NCBI GenBank assembly: GCA_038087875.1
Contig: CM075991.1
Location: 6,448,001-6,512,000 of the forward strand
Reading direction: 5' to 3'
DNA from: Malacoraja senta
Taxonomy: Eukaryota
Length of the DNA stretch: 64,000 nt
Part shown: positions 13,589 through 27,070 of the stretch, piece by piece
How positions within the stretch are numbered: the first letter of the stretch is position 1
Layout: each line of letters begins with the position of its first letter
Program-made: the position numbers and the translations under genes
Notes under the pieces: model-generated
The model's input: only the letters and a program-made list of their open reading frames with translations
Databases searched by the model: none
Told to the model about the DNA's origin: nothing

Positions 13589-14060
13589 AAACTAAACTAA
13601 GAACATGTTACTCCATGAGAGGTGCTAAGCAGTGCATAGAGGTTGGTATTACATTTTACCTGGATTTTTATATATAGAGAGAGCAATGAAGCTATCTGGC
13701 ATGGATTTTGGGAAGATCCGTTCGGTAAGGACCAATTTTAGAAAAGAGTTCTTCATTTCCATTCAGAGAACTGAGGAGAACAATTTGCCTAAATGTTTCA
13801 GATATGATTATTGATGCCAAGTTATTTTGGTGTGTCTTGATGGCGACTCCAGAATTTAGCATGCCTAATTAAACTAAATCAGCTAAACATTCATTTACTG
13901 TGTTGTATTGGAATCCATATGCAGAAAGGGCTGAAAAGTTTTTTTAGACCAAATGAAGAAGACATGACCAGCCAGACTGTATTAATCCTCATTTTCTGAT
14001 TGATAGATGTAATTATCTGGATAGTTTATTTTTGGGGGTTATAAATATACCCAATTAGAT

Positions 14061-14200
14061 CTTCTTCTTCTTGTGTATGGCGTGCACAGCCTAAAGTTGC
14101 AGGACAACTTGTTCTATTTGATCTTATTTGATTGTGCACGCTGGGTTGATTGCATTCATCGAAACAGGGTGGACCATGTGAAGCTTGCAATCTTCCACCC
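14061..14200 (-). mobile_element. Second copy of the HDV-ribozyme-headed retroposon, core decayed
   Basis: Flanked by (accc)aattagat direct repeats at 14049-60 and 14197-208. Minus strand GGGUGG AA GAUUGCA AGC UUCACAU GGU CCACCCU GU UUCGA UGAA UGCAAUC, ending in a (GAA)n tail. Confidence 0.85.
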
Positions 14201-15484
14201 AATTAGATGTTTGAGTGGAAGCACTTGAGCGACTTGTGTGTGAATATAGTCGAATAAAATAACCATTGAATCGAACATGTTTGATATTCATGCTTTAATG
14301 GCGTCAAACGTCAGAGTATTTAAACACGTTGTGAGATTTCCAGAAATACTAGAGGGTTAAGTCGCCAATATATTATGAATAGAGTCATACTGCATGAAAA
14401 CAGACCCCTCGGCCAAACTCAACCACACTGACCAGGATGCTCCTTCTAAGCTAGTCCCATTTGCCCAGGTTTGGCCCATATCCCTGATGGTAAAGGAGCA
14501 AGGAACACATTATGCAACGGTCAAGATGAACTGATGCCTTGCAGAGTGTTGGCTAAGGATGCTTGCTTGACAGGGTAAATGTTGGGAAGTTTTCACTGGT
14601 GGAAGGGTCTTGTATAAGGAGACACAATTGTAAGATAAAGGGCTAATGATTTAAAACTGAGGTATGCAGAAAGTTGTTCTCACAGAGGGTGACAAATCTC
14701 TGGAATTCTCTGTCCTGGTTGGATCATTGGAAATATTTAAAGGGGAGGTGGATAAAAATATTATAGATAGTGCAACTGAGGGGTGAAATGGCGCAGAAGA
14801 TGACTTGAGGCCAGTGTAGATCAACGACGATCATATTAAATGGTGGGGCAGGATTGAAGGCACTGATGTCCTACTCCTGTTCCTACATCTGTTCCTGTGT
14901 CTCGTGTTTCTTTGTGTCATCTGAGTGTCCTGGACAATATGTATCCCTCAGCCAACTTCACTATATAAGAATCAAAAGCAGAAAACACTTGGAAACATTC
15001 AGCAGGCCATCCGACATCAGTGGAAAGAAACACGTTTAATATTTCAGGTCGAAGACATTCGGATCTGCTGAGTGTTTCCAACATTTTCTGTTCTTATTTT
15101 AGCTTTTTTCCAGTTTAAAAAAATAAAATTTCATTCACCATTTGAGAGATCATCTGGTCGTGATCAGAGTGCTGTTTGTGGGAGTTCGCTCTGTATACAT
15201 TGGCTGCTGCATTTCCAACATTTCTTCAGAGAAAACATTGGCGACCACATCATTCATTGGCATTGGGGCAGTCTGAAAGGGGCATGAATTATGCTACATA
15301 GAAACGTAATCTTTTGTTTAATTTATCAAAATGACCTCCACCATTAAATGGTAATTGTAACTGCTCCAGTCATGAAATATGAGCGCACGGGCTTTATAAG
15401 AATACAGATGATCAAAATTCCATTACTTTTAATTGTTCCCGGTAACTTTTATGCAGTGACCATCTTGCATTTCAAAGCTTGTAA

Positions 15485-15709
15485 AGGGCCTGTCCCACTT
15501 GGCTGCCATTTGCGCGTCACGCAGATGGCGCGCGAAGATTTTGTACATCACAAAATCCTGCAACGCCGCGCCTCACTGGCTATGTCATCACGCACCATGC
15601 GCGCGTAATGTGCGCCTAATGCATCACGCGCGTCACGTCGCGCGCATCGTGACGCGTAAATGATGTCGCGTAAATTACGCGCAAATGACGGCCAAGTGGG
15701 ACAGGCCCT
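15485..15709. mobile_element. Harbinger/PIF-type MITE, subfamily B (opposite orientation to 11177)
   Basis: Same TIR; TAA duplicated. Confidence 0.8.
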
Positions 15710-15894
15710 TAACTTATTAACACACAAATAAAACGTTCCCCTGATTCCATTCTCCATCTAAAGAACCCTATTGAAAACCAATCTTCCGATCACTCCTTTT
15801 CAGACCACTATTTAATTGAAGAATTGCACATTCTAGTCTGCCTTTTAAAAGATAAATATTTTGAAGCTACCCTGTAGTTATTATATTTTTAAAA

Positions 15895-16176
15895 GTTTAG
15901 TTTAGAGATACTGCACGGAAACAGGTCCTTTGTCCCACTGAGCCCGCACCGGCCAGCGCTCCCTGCACATTAACACTATCCTGCACATCAGGGACAATTT
16001 TACACTTATACCAAGCCAATTAACCTACAAACCTGCATATATTTGGAGTGCGGGGAATACCCACACAGGTCACTGGGAGAACGTACAGACTCCGTACAGA
16101 CAGCATCCGTAGTCAGGATTGAATCTGAGTCTCTGGCGCTGTAAGGCAGCAACTCTACCACTGCGCCACCGTGCCG
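15895..16176 (-). mobile_element. HE1-like SINE
   Basis: Same head, core and tail as the other copies. Confidence 0.85.
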
Positions 16177-16231
16177 ACCAAATTTTAAATATCATAAATT
16201 TGCGCTGGTTCTTCTTCTTAAACTTGATGAG

Positions 16232-17430
16232 CATGCAGAGAGTTGTGGATGTAGCCCAGTCGATCACACAGACCAGACTCCCCAACATTGACTCCATCTA
16301 CCCTTCATGCTGCCTTGGGAAAGCAGCGAGCATAATCAAAGACCTTTCCCACCCTTGTTATTCCTTCTTCTTCCCAGTTCCGTCAGGCAGAAGATAAAGA
16401 ATCTTGAAAGCACGCACCACCACACGCGGGAACAGCCTCTTCCCCTCTGTTATCAGGCTTCTGTATTGTCCTTCCATTAGCTAGGGTACAGTTCTGATTC
16501 TCCAACCTACCTCTTTAGTTTAGTTTAGTACATTGTCATGTTTACCGAGGTAAAGTGAAAATCTTTTTGTTGTATGCTAAGCAGTCAGCAAAAAACTGAT
16601 ACATTATTATAATCAATCTGTCCACAGTGCACAGATACATGGCAAAGGACTAACGTTTAGTGCAAGATAAAGTCCAGTAAAGTCCAATTAAAGATAATAC
16701 GAGGGTCTTCAATGAGATAGATAGTAGCTCAGGACGGCTCTCTACTTCTTGGCAGACAACATTGCGGACATTGGACTTTTCCACAATGTTGCGAATTATA
16801 TTCTGCATGTTATCTTTCTCTTCACTCTCCCTATTGTACTTGAGTTTGGCCTGATTGTATTCATGGGCCGCTTAACCGGGGGGGGGGGAGGGGGTGGGGG
16901 GGCTGCGAGACATGCTTCATAACCCGAAATTATCCGGCCCGCTGGCGTCTTTTTCTCTTCTTCTGAGGACCACCAGCATCCAGAATCTCAGAACAAGCGC
17001 ACGTGGCAGAAACCGATTGCCCCCCAAAACCCTCCCTCCGCTCCGCTCAATGGGCGATCACAGCGCGGTTCACAGTCGAGATATGGGGCAATGAATGAAG
17101 AGTGAGTCAGTCCCGAAAGGGAGGGAGAGTCGGCCCGGGGGCGGGGGGGGGAGGGATGGGGGATATATCCCCCCACTTTTTGAGTTGGGGGATGGCCTGT
17201 ATTATCCCTCAGTTTTTGGAGGTCGAGGAACAACAACAAATAATAATTGTGCCATCCTCCCACACCCTCTTCCCTCTCGGTCGCTCCGCTCCCTCACCGG
17301 ATACCCCCGAGGCCGGTGATCAGTGATCGCTCAGCCCCCCAACATTCAAAAACGTTCTGCGGCCCCTGGTATTATCTAATTTATAGCATATACACAAAGC
17401 TTTTCACTGTACCTTGGTAAATCTAAACCT
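16232..17430 (+). mobile_element. Rex1-like LINE 3' fragment containing an inverted Rex1-like UTR (about 16515-16750) and a GC-rich insert
   Basis: End of ORF 16119..16397 QRVVDVAQSITQTRLPNIDSIY..IIKDLSHP..PSGRR; tail aaagcttttcactgtacc. Confidence 0.7.
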
Positions 17431-18223
17431 ATATTGATCAGGACTATGTAGGAGTTTGCCGAGTTTGTTCTTCTTTTCTTTCCTAAGCCTTTTCAATAGT
17501 TTCTCCAAATTGGTTGGCCACCGGCCAAGACTCCAGATTTGTTGGGCAACTGTTGAGACTCCCAAATCTTTTTCAGTTACATGTTTAAATATTGTCAGTA
17601 ACACTCACAACGTGTTTCCAATTTTTATGTTTGCCGCATTGTCCTCTAAACACAATTCATTGTTCGTTTTATTATTCATTTAAAAAAAATTATTATCCAT
17701 AACAAAGTTCTCACCCCAAAGTGGGAAAAAAAAACCCGAATTGAATGATGGTTTTCATATTGAATCTGATTTAGAACTCTCTTTGAGCTCCTGGGACACA
17801 ACATCAAAGAATGAAATAGGGTTGTCGGTCCAAAACAAATGCATAAGCCAGGAGACACAAGCGACTGCAGATGCTGTAATCTTGAGCAGAGCCATATCTC
17901 TCTGGCTGAAGTCTTGTTGACCATTGCTGACAAGATTGTATTTCTTACAGAAAGTCTTAATTCTACTCCTAATCAGTTCCATTATTTATTAGTAGACACA
18001 AAATGCTGGACAGGCAGCATCTCGGGAGAGAAGGAATGGGTGACATTTCGGGTTGAGACCTTTCTTCATTGACTGTTTGAACATGAGAGAAGTAACTGGC
18101 TTTATAGATAAATTAGTTTTACTTATTTAGAACTTTCCAATGTTTCTAAGAATGAAAAAAATGTCAAAAAATGTAATTCTTTAAGCATGAAACTTTAACT
18201 GGTAATTTGGTTTTCACTTTCAG

Positions 18224-18295
18224 ATCTGGGAGCGTTCAACATCACTGGAGTGAAATTTTTTACTTTGTGAATCACCTTGCCCACAAGTTCATCAG
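18224..18295 (+). CDS. ANTXR1: ANTXR1 coding exon 2 (72 nt): [K]SGSVQHHWSEIFYFVNHLAHKFI[S]; carries the SxS of the MIDAS DxSxS motif
   Basis: Acceptor ttttcactttcag, donor gtaaat. Translation matches recalled vertebrate ANTXR1 [25 protein letters not shown]; phase joins exon 3. Confidence 0.96.
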
Positions 18296-18357
18296 GTAAA
18301 TATCCTCTTGTAATTCTCCAAGGAAACGTGGCCTGAAAGAAGTCTACTTTTCCCGGG

Positions 18358-18685
18358 CCAGGGGCCACAGTCTCAGAACCAGGAGCCACAGTCTTAGAAT
18401 AAAGGGGAGGCCATTTAAGACTGAGGTGAGAAAAAAACGTTTTCACCCAGAGAGTTGTGAATTTGTGGAATTCCCTGCCACAGAGGGCAGTGGAGGCCAA
18501 ATTACTGGATGGATTTAAGAGGGAGTTAGATAGAGCTCTAGGGGCTAGTGGAATCAAGGGATATGGGGAGAAGGCAGGCACGGGTTATTGATAGGGGACG
18601 ATCAGCCATGATCACAATGAATGGCGGTGCTGGCTCGAAGGGCCGAATGGCCTCATCCTGCACTTATTTTCTATGTTTCTATGTT
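18358..18685 (+). mobile_element. CR1-clade LINE 3' fragment about 60 nt downstream of exon 2
   Basis: ggccacagtcttagaataaagggg..tttcacccagagagttgtgaatttgtggaattcc; (tttctatg)n tail. Confidence 0.85.
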
Positions 18686-19569
18686 TTTTCCTTCTGCGTA
18701 GGAAGGAACTGCAGACGATGGTTTACATTGAAGAAAGACACTAAATGCTGGAGGAATGGCAGTGTGAAGAAGGGTCTCGACCCAAAACATCGCCTATTTC
18801 TTTTCGACAGTGACACTGCCTGACCCGCTGTGTTAGTCCAGCATTTTGCGCCACTTTTCCTTCTGGTGCGCAACAGTTATGCAATCTCTAAAATGCGCCT
18901 TTGACCACTAACCTGGAAAAGACGGCATGTTTATAAAAAACATTTATAATTAATTGCCCTTAGTAATTAATTACCAATTATTGCTCGTCGCTAACTGCCC
19001 TTGAGAAGATGGTGGTGAGGCGCCATCTTGAACATCAGCAGCCCTCCTGGTGAAGATGTTCCACAGCGCCATTTTAAGGAGCAAGTTCTCGAAATTGGAT
19101 TGATGAAGGAATGGCAGTATATTTCCAAATTAGAATGATGTGTGACTTGATGGATTACTTCCTGGTATTTCAGTGGGAACAAATATCAAGAGGAAAAAAA
19201 CATTGGAAAGGGTCACTGGGTCCTTTAAGCCTGCTCTGCCATTCATATGATCATGGTTGATCTTCCCACTCAATACCACATTGCCACATCCTGGACATGT
19301 CCTTTAACATTTTAGAAACTATCTTTCTCCTTCATAAAAATGGAGGAGAATCTGTTACTTGCCTTCTATAGTTCTGTGGTAAAGAATTCCATAGGTTTAC
19401 GTCCTCTGTGTAAAAATAGTCTCCACATTTCAGTCTTAAATGTCCCTGATGTGTCGGAGGAAACTGCAGATGCTGGATTACACCCAAGATAGATACAAAA
19501 TGTTGGAGTAACTCAAAAGGCCAGGCAGCATCTCTGGTGAAAAGGAAAGGGTGACATATCAGGTCAGGC

Positions 19570-19597
19570 CTGAAGAAGGGTCTCGACCCGAAACGTC
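19570..19597 (+). ncRNA. Minimal type I hammerhead ribozyme core (Penelope-associated)
   Basis: CUGAAGA A GGGU-CUCG-ACCC GAAA CG UC, inside a Penelope fragment (19452-19659) flanked by a 16-bp repeat ttaaatgtccctgatg. Confidence 0.65.
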
Positions 19598-20142
19598 ACC
19601 CCTTTTTATCCAGAGATGCTGCCTGACCCAATGAGTTACTCCAGCATTTTGTGTCTATTTTAAATGTCCCTGATGCCTGGTTCTAAACCCTTCAGCTACG
19701 AAAAACATCCTCCCTCCATCCAGTCTGTCAGAGTTTTATAAGTTTCATCGAAATTTCCTCTCGGTCTTTTAAATTCTTGTGAATACAGACTGAGCAAAGC
19801 CAAAACCACCTTATACCACGGTCATGCCATTCCAGGAACAGTTGTTACACTGCATGGCAGTTTTAACTTTAAACCAGGAAATCCAGAGAACAAACCGTAC
19901 TCCAGATGCAGTCCCACAGGCCCTACATAATTGTCGATAATTGTTTTAGAATAATGGGCTGTCAAGAGTGTATTGTTTATTTAATGTGGCTACAATGTCA
20001 ATTTCTACTCCAAGAAACAAAAGAAATTCATCTTCACCCATGAACCAAGTACATTCTACAGTGTGAGCATATTGTGCTCTGGTTTTTAAATTGAGTTCCG
20101 ATATAATTGAACATCAAAAGTAGAGTAGTTTATATATGGCAT

Positions 20143-20462
20143 AGTTTAGTATAAAGATACAACATGGGATCAGGCACTTTGGCCCATTGGATCCATGCTG
20201 ACCATCAATCACCTATTCACACTAGTTCTATGTTATCCACCTTTACTCATCCACTCCCTACACATTAGGGGCAATTTTTTTACAGTGGCCAATTAGCTTC
20301 AGAAACCCTCACGTGTTTGGGATGCGGGAGGAAGCCGGAGCACCCGGAGGAAATCCACGCGTTCACGGGGAGAACGTGCAAACTCCACACAACCAGGACC
20401 CGAGGTCAGGATTGAAACTGGATCTCTGGCGCTGTGAGGCAGCAGCTCTACCAGCTGCACCA
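20143..20462 (-). mobile_element. HE1-like SINE
   Basis: Same head, core and tail as the other copies. Confidence 0.8.
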
Positions 20463-20566
20463 ATATACATTGCATGTTTGACCCATTTGACTGAAGATTT
20501 ATTTCCACTCCAACTCTTTAGTGTTTCGTGCAGCAAACAAAATGATTTCCACATTTGCCTTTGTAG

Positions 20567-20713
<147 letters not shown>

Positions 20714-21303
20714 TGAGTGATGCCCAAATAATTCAGTGTTTACCTGGCATTGTGAAATGCAATAGGCCATGATGCCTGTGTAGGGTTTCTACAAGAGTTA
20801 GACACAAGGAACTGCTGATGCTGGTTTACCAAAAAAAGGACACAAAGTGCTGGAGTAACTCAATGGATCAGGCAGCATCTCTGCAGGACATGGATAAGCA
20901 ACATTTTGGGTCAGGACCCTTCATCAGTCTGAAGAAGGATTCTGCATTGCAGCCCAGACTATCACACAAACCAACCTCCCTTCCTTTGACTTCATTTGCA
21001 CCTCACACTGCCTCGGCAAGCCCACCAGCATTATGAAGGACGAGTCGCACCCCGGCCACTCCCTCTTCTCCCCTCTCCCATCGAGCAAATCTTTGATCGG
21101 GCGTTACTGCACTAAATGGTATTCATGTTATTCCCTTTATCATATATCTGTGCACTGTGGTTGGCTCATTTGTAATCATGTATTGTCTTTCCGCTGACTG
21201 GTTAGCGCACAACAAAAGCTTTTCACTATACCCATGACAATAAACTAAATACAAACCTTGCTTGTTTATGTCCTCCAGAGACACAGCCTGACCCGCTGAC
21301 TTA

Positions 21304-21528
21304 AGGGCCTGTCCCACTTTCACGACCTAATTCACGCCCTTTTTTATTCGTGGACATTTTTCATCAGGCTAGAAAAACGCCCCGACCTACTTGATGCCAT
21401 GAGTTCCTACGACTAGCATCATGGCCTGTTACGACCTACCTACGACCTCGTGACGACCATGCTGCGAGTATGTCAAGGGAAAACTCGGCAGAGGTCGTGA
21501 ATTAGGTCGTGAAAGTGGGACAGGCCCT
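21304..21528. mobile_element. Harbinger/PIF-type MITE, subfamily A
   Basis: Homologous to 4541-4778; TTA duplicated; inserted in a Penelope repeat. Confidence 0.8.
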
Positions 21529-22335
21529 TTACTCCAGCATTTTGTGTCTTTTTTTTTGACAAGAATTACACATTTTCTTTGCTAATCTCCACTGACACTC
21601 CTGTTTTGTTTTCTGCTTCAGGATTTTTTCCCTTTAATATGCTTCCACTATCCTTCTTGCCCGGGTTTTCCAGCAAACAACACCTCTTCATTGCACCTCT
21701 GGTTCTTTAACCATTTTTGTTAAATTTACGCTAACGTTATGTGTACAAAACCTCAGAGAACGCAACTGCAGAATGATCCTTGCACACTAGTTACGGGAAC
21801 ATTTAGCACGTGGCAAAATTGCTTTTCACTGTACCTCGGTGCACATGACAATAAACAAAACCAAAGATGATTGGGACAGGGGTATTCTGGATAGAGGGTA
21901 CCCGACATCCAGCCCTTTCTCGGAGGTTCGAGTGGTCATCGATGACCTGCTAACCTACATTAGAATAGAGTATGCAATCATATTAAGCATGCCTGCTCAT
22001 TCCATTTAGACATTGTGACTGCCACAGTGGTGGGTTGGTGAAGTAGTCTGAATCAAATGAATTTTATGGGAGAGTTGTAGAGGGTTGGCATTTCATGGAT
22101 TAACTCTCGACAGTAGCAACATTCATGGGCAGGATCATAATTTATTCTATGCACTGTCCAAGCTCCTCTCCCTCTGTAATATCCCCCCCCTGCCTGTACT
22201 AATCAGTTCCAGCCACACGGCTGCCAACATTCCCGAGGCTTGGATACACGCAGCTGTCCAACATGTGGATCCGGCTTTGAGTGGCAAACAGGCCTGCAGA
22301 TGATGCATTAAAAATGTCTCATCTCTTTAGACTAT

Positions 22336-22621
22336 TAGATTTGAGAGGTGCGGAAACAGGCCCTTCGGCCGACTCAGTCCGCGCCGACCAGCGATCACCA
22401 TGCACAGTAGCACGATCTTACACATGAGAGACAATTTACGACTTTACTGAAACCAGTTAACTTACAACCATGTAGATCTTTAGAGGGTGGGAGGAGTCAG
22501 GGGCACCTGGAGAAAACCCGCGCTGTCACAGGGAGAACATACAGACTCCATAGACAGGATTAAATCCCAGGTCTCTGGCGCTGTAAGGCAGCAACTCTAC
22601 CGCTGCGCCACTGTGCCGCCC
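22336..22621 (-). mobile_element. HE1-like SINE
   Basis: Same head, core and tail as the other copies. Confidence 0.8.
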
Positions 22622-23066
22622 TCGATTATAACAACTCATGCGGTCAGAGAACTATTTCATTGTTTTTAAATGACTCTGTTAACATTCCACTTACAAACAG
22701 TTGAGGTATTTTCAAATAATAAGTCAAGAATCATGTACTCAATTCTTTTATGTATCGACAACAAAACAATTAAAATTTTACTTGCAGCAGGATAACAGAC
22801 CTATAAATGCAGTACACACAGATAATATATAATATTTAAAACAATAAGTAGCCTGATAATTGTAATGCTCGTGCAAAATTGCTAGTGTAAATTGTCACCA
22901 GTGTGTAAGGCGTGGATGTGAAAGTGGGGTAACATAGAACTAGTGTGAATGGGTGACCATTGGTCAGCGCATACTCACTGGGTCGAAGGGCCTGTTTCCA
23001 TGCTAGACAAAAATGCTGGAGAAACTCAGCGGGTGCAGCAGCATCTATGGAGCGAAGGAAATAGGC

Positions 23067-23094
23067 AACGTTTCGGGCCGAAACCCTTCTTCAG
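23067..23094 (-). ncRNA. Minimal hammerhead core (Penelope-associated)
   Basis: Reverse complement CUGAAGAAGGGUUUCGGCCCGAAACGUU. Confidence 0.6.
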
Positions 23095-24232
23095 ATTATA
23101 TCACTAAACTAAATTAAACTAAACTAAACTAATCGCCCAGACTCAGTGGTAAGTCCAAGTTGCAAAGCAAGAGGTGAGTTTGGCAACTTTTGTACTTTAA
23201 ATTGTAATGCACAGGCGCGAGTCCAGAATACGTGACTTACATCATTTGCATCCAGCCAGTGCTTCTCTACAAAGCTGCTGGCTGTGCATCGATGTGATGC
23301 AGCCCAGTGATAAAATAACCTCTGAATATTTAGTCACGCAGTATGCAGAATAAGTAGATGAAGGGAATTTGTCTTCTGTTAACATATGATCACCAGCAAA
23401 TTAACAGTAAGAACTTCCCAGGGATAAGACATTGTATAAGACATGGGATATCATACAGTAGGAGCATTCCACTTAAACCAAACGATAGAAGTTATTCTCA
23501 GTCAAGCACTCTGCAATATTTAATATGCTAACGTCCTCCCCACAATAAACCAGCATCTGCAGTTCCTTCCTACACATGCTAATGTTCTGGCAATTTAAAG
23601 ATTTACTAAGAGCTGATGAGGTATTTCTAGGACATAGAAACAAGAAAAAACATCTGTATTTAATAATATCGGATTGACACAAACCAGAATTATGTGTTAA
23701 AATAAAAATCAACTTGCAAGTAAAATATATTTTTCAAAGGAATACATTTACCAACATCACAGGATAGCTTTTATTCAAATGAGATTTAAACTCAGAATTA
23801 TCCTTTAACACTTTAAGTTGCTAATGACAGGATAGGTTGAGTTGGGCTTTAAACTTATTCCAGCTGAAAAGATGGTTAATTGGCTTTCACGAGCAGCCGC
23901 TGGCAGGAAGTTGCTAATTACCCATCAAAAGACGAGAGCACTCCGGCTTTTATTGGTCCCTTCTTCTGTGAGACCCCCACAAGCAACGTCTGTAGAACAA
24001 AGCTGCTTCCCAGTCCAGCCGTGTAGAAGCCAGCCTGGTGGTTTCCTGATGGCATTTGCTGGCCCTTTGAAAGCCTTAATGTGCAGATGCAGTAAACATC
24101 TTCAATCGTCAACCACTCAACTCCCCCCCACCAGATATTTTCCAATATCAGGATGTAGCCTTGTGTATAGACACAAAAAGCTGGAGTAACTCAGCGGGGA
24201 CTCAGGCAGCATCTCTGGGAGAAGGAAAGGGT

Positions 24233-24260
24233 GACGTTTCGGGTCGAGACCCTTCGTCAG
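24233..24260 (-). ncRNA. Minimal hammerhead core (Penelope-associated)
   Basis: Reverse complement CUGACGAAGGGUCUCGACCCGAAACGUC. Confidence 0.6.
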
Positions 24261-25044
24261 ATTGTCTTGTGTAGGTTGCTTTGGCTAAATGCTTTAGTGT
24301 TACACCAACAGAGTGCTGTGGAAGTAGGGTCCTGGCTTGAAACGTCATCCACCCATGTTCTCCAGGGGTGCTGCCTGACCCGCTGAGTTACTCCAGCACT
24401 TTGTGTCTTTTTTAGCATGCTGTACCTTGCTGCAGTGTTGGAAAGCTATATATTGGCATAGGGATTTCACCAGTCCAAAGAATGCATATACAGAAGGCAT
24501 TCACTAAAATCAACATTGTATCTATATCATAAAAATAAGTACCGAACATAGTGCCTCACACTACACCACATGTTCTAACTGTCCCTGGTGCTGAGACTAG
24601 CCCTGTATCTCCTTTCCTGCGGAGTCAGGGGATATGGGGAGAAGGCAGGAACGGGGTACTGATTGGGGATGATCAGCCATGATCACATTGAATGGCGGTG
24701 CTGGCTCGAAGGGCCAAATGGCCTATTCCTGCACCTATTGTCTATTGTCTATTGGTTCCTGATTCCATGTCTAGCTTTACCTGACGTGGACATAAATGCT
24801 GCCTTCTGTCCTCTCCTAGGTGATGCTGGCCTGTCCTCTTCCTTCATCTGCTAAACCATCTCTTTACCTCCTCTCTTAATTTGCTCTTGGTCGCTGTAAT
24901 CATTGATAGCTATCTTCTTCAGTGTTGCCAAAGCCTAATCTGGAGCTTACAACCTCCAGGTGTAATGCCTTCTCTGCAGCCGTATTCTGAGGTGTGAATC
25001 TCCACACATTGGCACCTTGCACCAACCTGTGCAATGTTCTGTTC

Positions 25045-25350
25045 AGTTTAGTTTAGTTTCAAGATATAGCACAGAAACAGGCCCATCGGCCCACCGAGTC
25101 TGGGCCGACCAGCGATCCCTGTACACTAGCACTATCCTATACACTGGGGACAATTTACAATTTTTTACCAAAGCCAAATTAACTTACAAACCTGTACATC
25201 TTTGGAGTGTGGGAGGAAGCTGGAGCTCCCGGAGAAAACCCACGTGGTCACGTGGAGAACGTACAAACTCCATACAGACAGCACCCCTAGTCGGGGTTGA
25301 AGCCGAGTCTATGGCACTGTAAGGCAGCAACTCTACCGCTGTGCCACTGT
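25045..25350 (-). mobile_element. HE1-like SINE
   Basis: Same head, core and tail as the other copies. Confidence 0.85.
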
Positions 25351-26149
25351 ATCACTACCACAGCCATATTCTACTGAATTGAATCAAATGTGTTGCTTTT
25401 CTATGTGCAATGGGTTAGGTGTGATTATTAATAATCTTACACAAAACTGACAAAAATATAAGGTTTGAAAATGGCTTTTGCAGTTCTTGGATATGGCTTA
25501 TATTTTTGTCATTTTTCATTGTGTCTGGTCTGTAGCAAGTTGATATACTTGGGATCCGAGTGATAAAGATCCTCATATGTGAAGAATGTCAGTTGCTGTA
25601 ATGGAGTTCGTCAGGCAAACGGGGGAGGTTGGGTTGGCTTTAGCGGAAGGAACCCTTCTCCTGACTTACAGGGATTGGATTTGGAGTTTGATTGGAAATA
25701 AAAAGGGGGAAAGTCTGCACTAACAACAGATGGCGAGGTCAGTGCTCCAGGGATAGTAACTAACCTTGGAATTATTTTCAATCTCTGCACAATTCCTGCG
25801 GGACCCATGAAGACGGGAGAATCATGTGCAGGATATACGCAGGATTTGTTTAAGGGCGACCAGCAACAATGGGGCTTTGTTTTTACATCGGGAATGTGTA
25901 GCTTGTATTTGAATGGAAAATCCCCCAGCTATAACAAGTCATGCATTTTGACCATTGTCCATCATAACCATTGGAATTAGTCAGAGAGCCAGCAGTAAAA
26001 TTCAGGGTAAAGAGACCAGTGTCAGCGCAAAACTGCAAGAGCAATTTTGTAAAGTAATTGAGTCTGGCTTTGCCAAATTATGATTTTTATTTTCCTTTTG
26101 GATCCATCTTTCTGAGTTATTATAGCATTGTCACTGGATTTACCAGCAA

Positions 26150-26718
26150 TTTGTCCAGGACCACCCATATTGAAGCAATGGCTAAGATAGCACACCAATG
26201 CCTCTACTTAATTAGAAGGCTTAGGAAGTTCGGCATGCTCCCAATATTTGGGATGCATCAAAGCTTGGTTTGAGAACTGCTCCATCCAAGACCGCAATAA
26301 ATTGCAGAGAATTGTGGACACAGCCCAGACCATCACACAAACTAACCTCCCTTCCATTGACTCCATTTACACCTCACGTTGTCTCGGCAAGGCCACCAGC
26401 ATAATCAGGGACGGGTCTCACCCTAGCCACTTCCTCGTCTCCCCTCTCCTATCAGGCAAAACGCACACTTCCAGATTCAGGGACAGTTTCTTCCCAGCTA
26501 TGATCAGACAACTGAACCATTCTACCAACAACTAGGGAGCAGTCCTGAGCTACTAACTACCTCATATTGGACATTACTGCACATTATCTTACACTAAACA
26601 TTATATCTGTACACTGTGGATGGCTCGATTGTAATCATGTATTGTATTTCTGCTGATTGGTTAGCACGCCACAAAAACCTCTTCACAGTACATGTAAATG
26701 TAACAAGAAACTAAACTA
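26150..26718 (+). mobile_element. Rex1/Babar-like LINE 3' fragment
   Basis: ORFs KIAHQCLYLIRRLRKFG and DRNKLQRIVDTAQTITQTNLPSIDSIYTSRCLGKATSIIRDGSHPSH..RFRDSFFP, followed by a 3' UTR. Confidence 0.8.
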
Positions 26719-27070
26719 TACTAAAGAGTGTCCATCATTGGATTCAAATCACATACAGACAGGTCCTACTAAATCTGGTATTGAAAGGAAAGCTAATCTA
26801 GGCAACTATGAAACTGGTAGATTCTCATTTGAAACTTAATTGGTTCAACGATGTCCTGGCTGATACATAGAAACTTAGAAAATAGGTGCAGGAGGAGGCC
26901 ATTCAGCCCTTCGAGCCAGCACCGCCATTCATTGTGATCATGGCTGATCGTCCCCAATCAATAACCCGTGGCTAACCATTGTGTCCGACACGTAACTCCT
27001 TCTTGAGTTCAGTGGCCAAGTAGGATGGATTTGATTGATAAATCTAGCCCGTGACCAAATAAATGACCAT

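Noticed and set aside
1..18223. ANTXR1 exon 1 (signal peptide and GFDLYFILD-like motif)
   Set aside because: No matching peptide with a suitable donor was found by eye; it probably lies upstream of the window.
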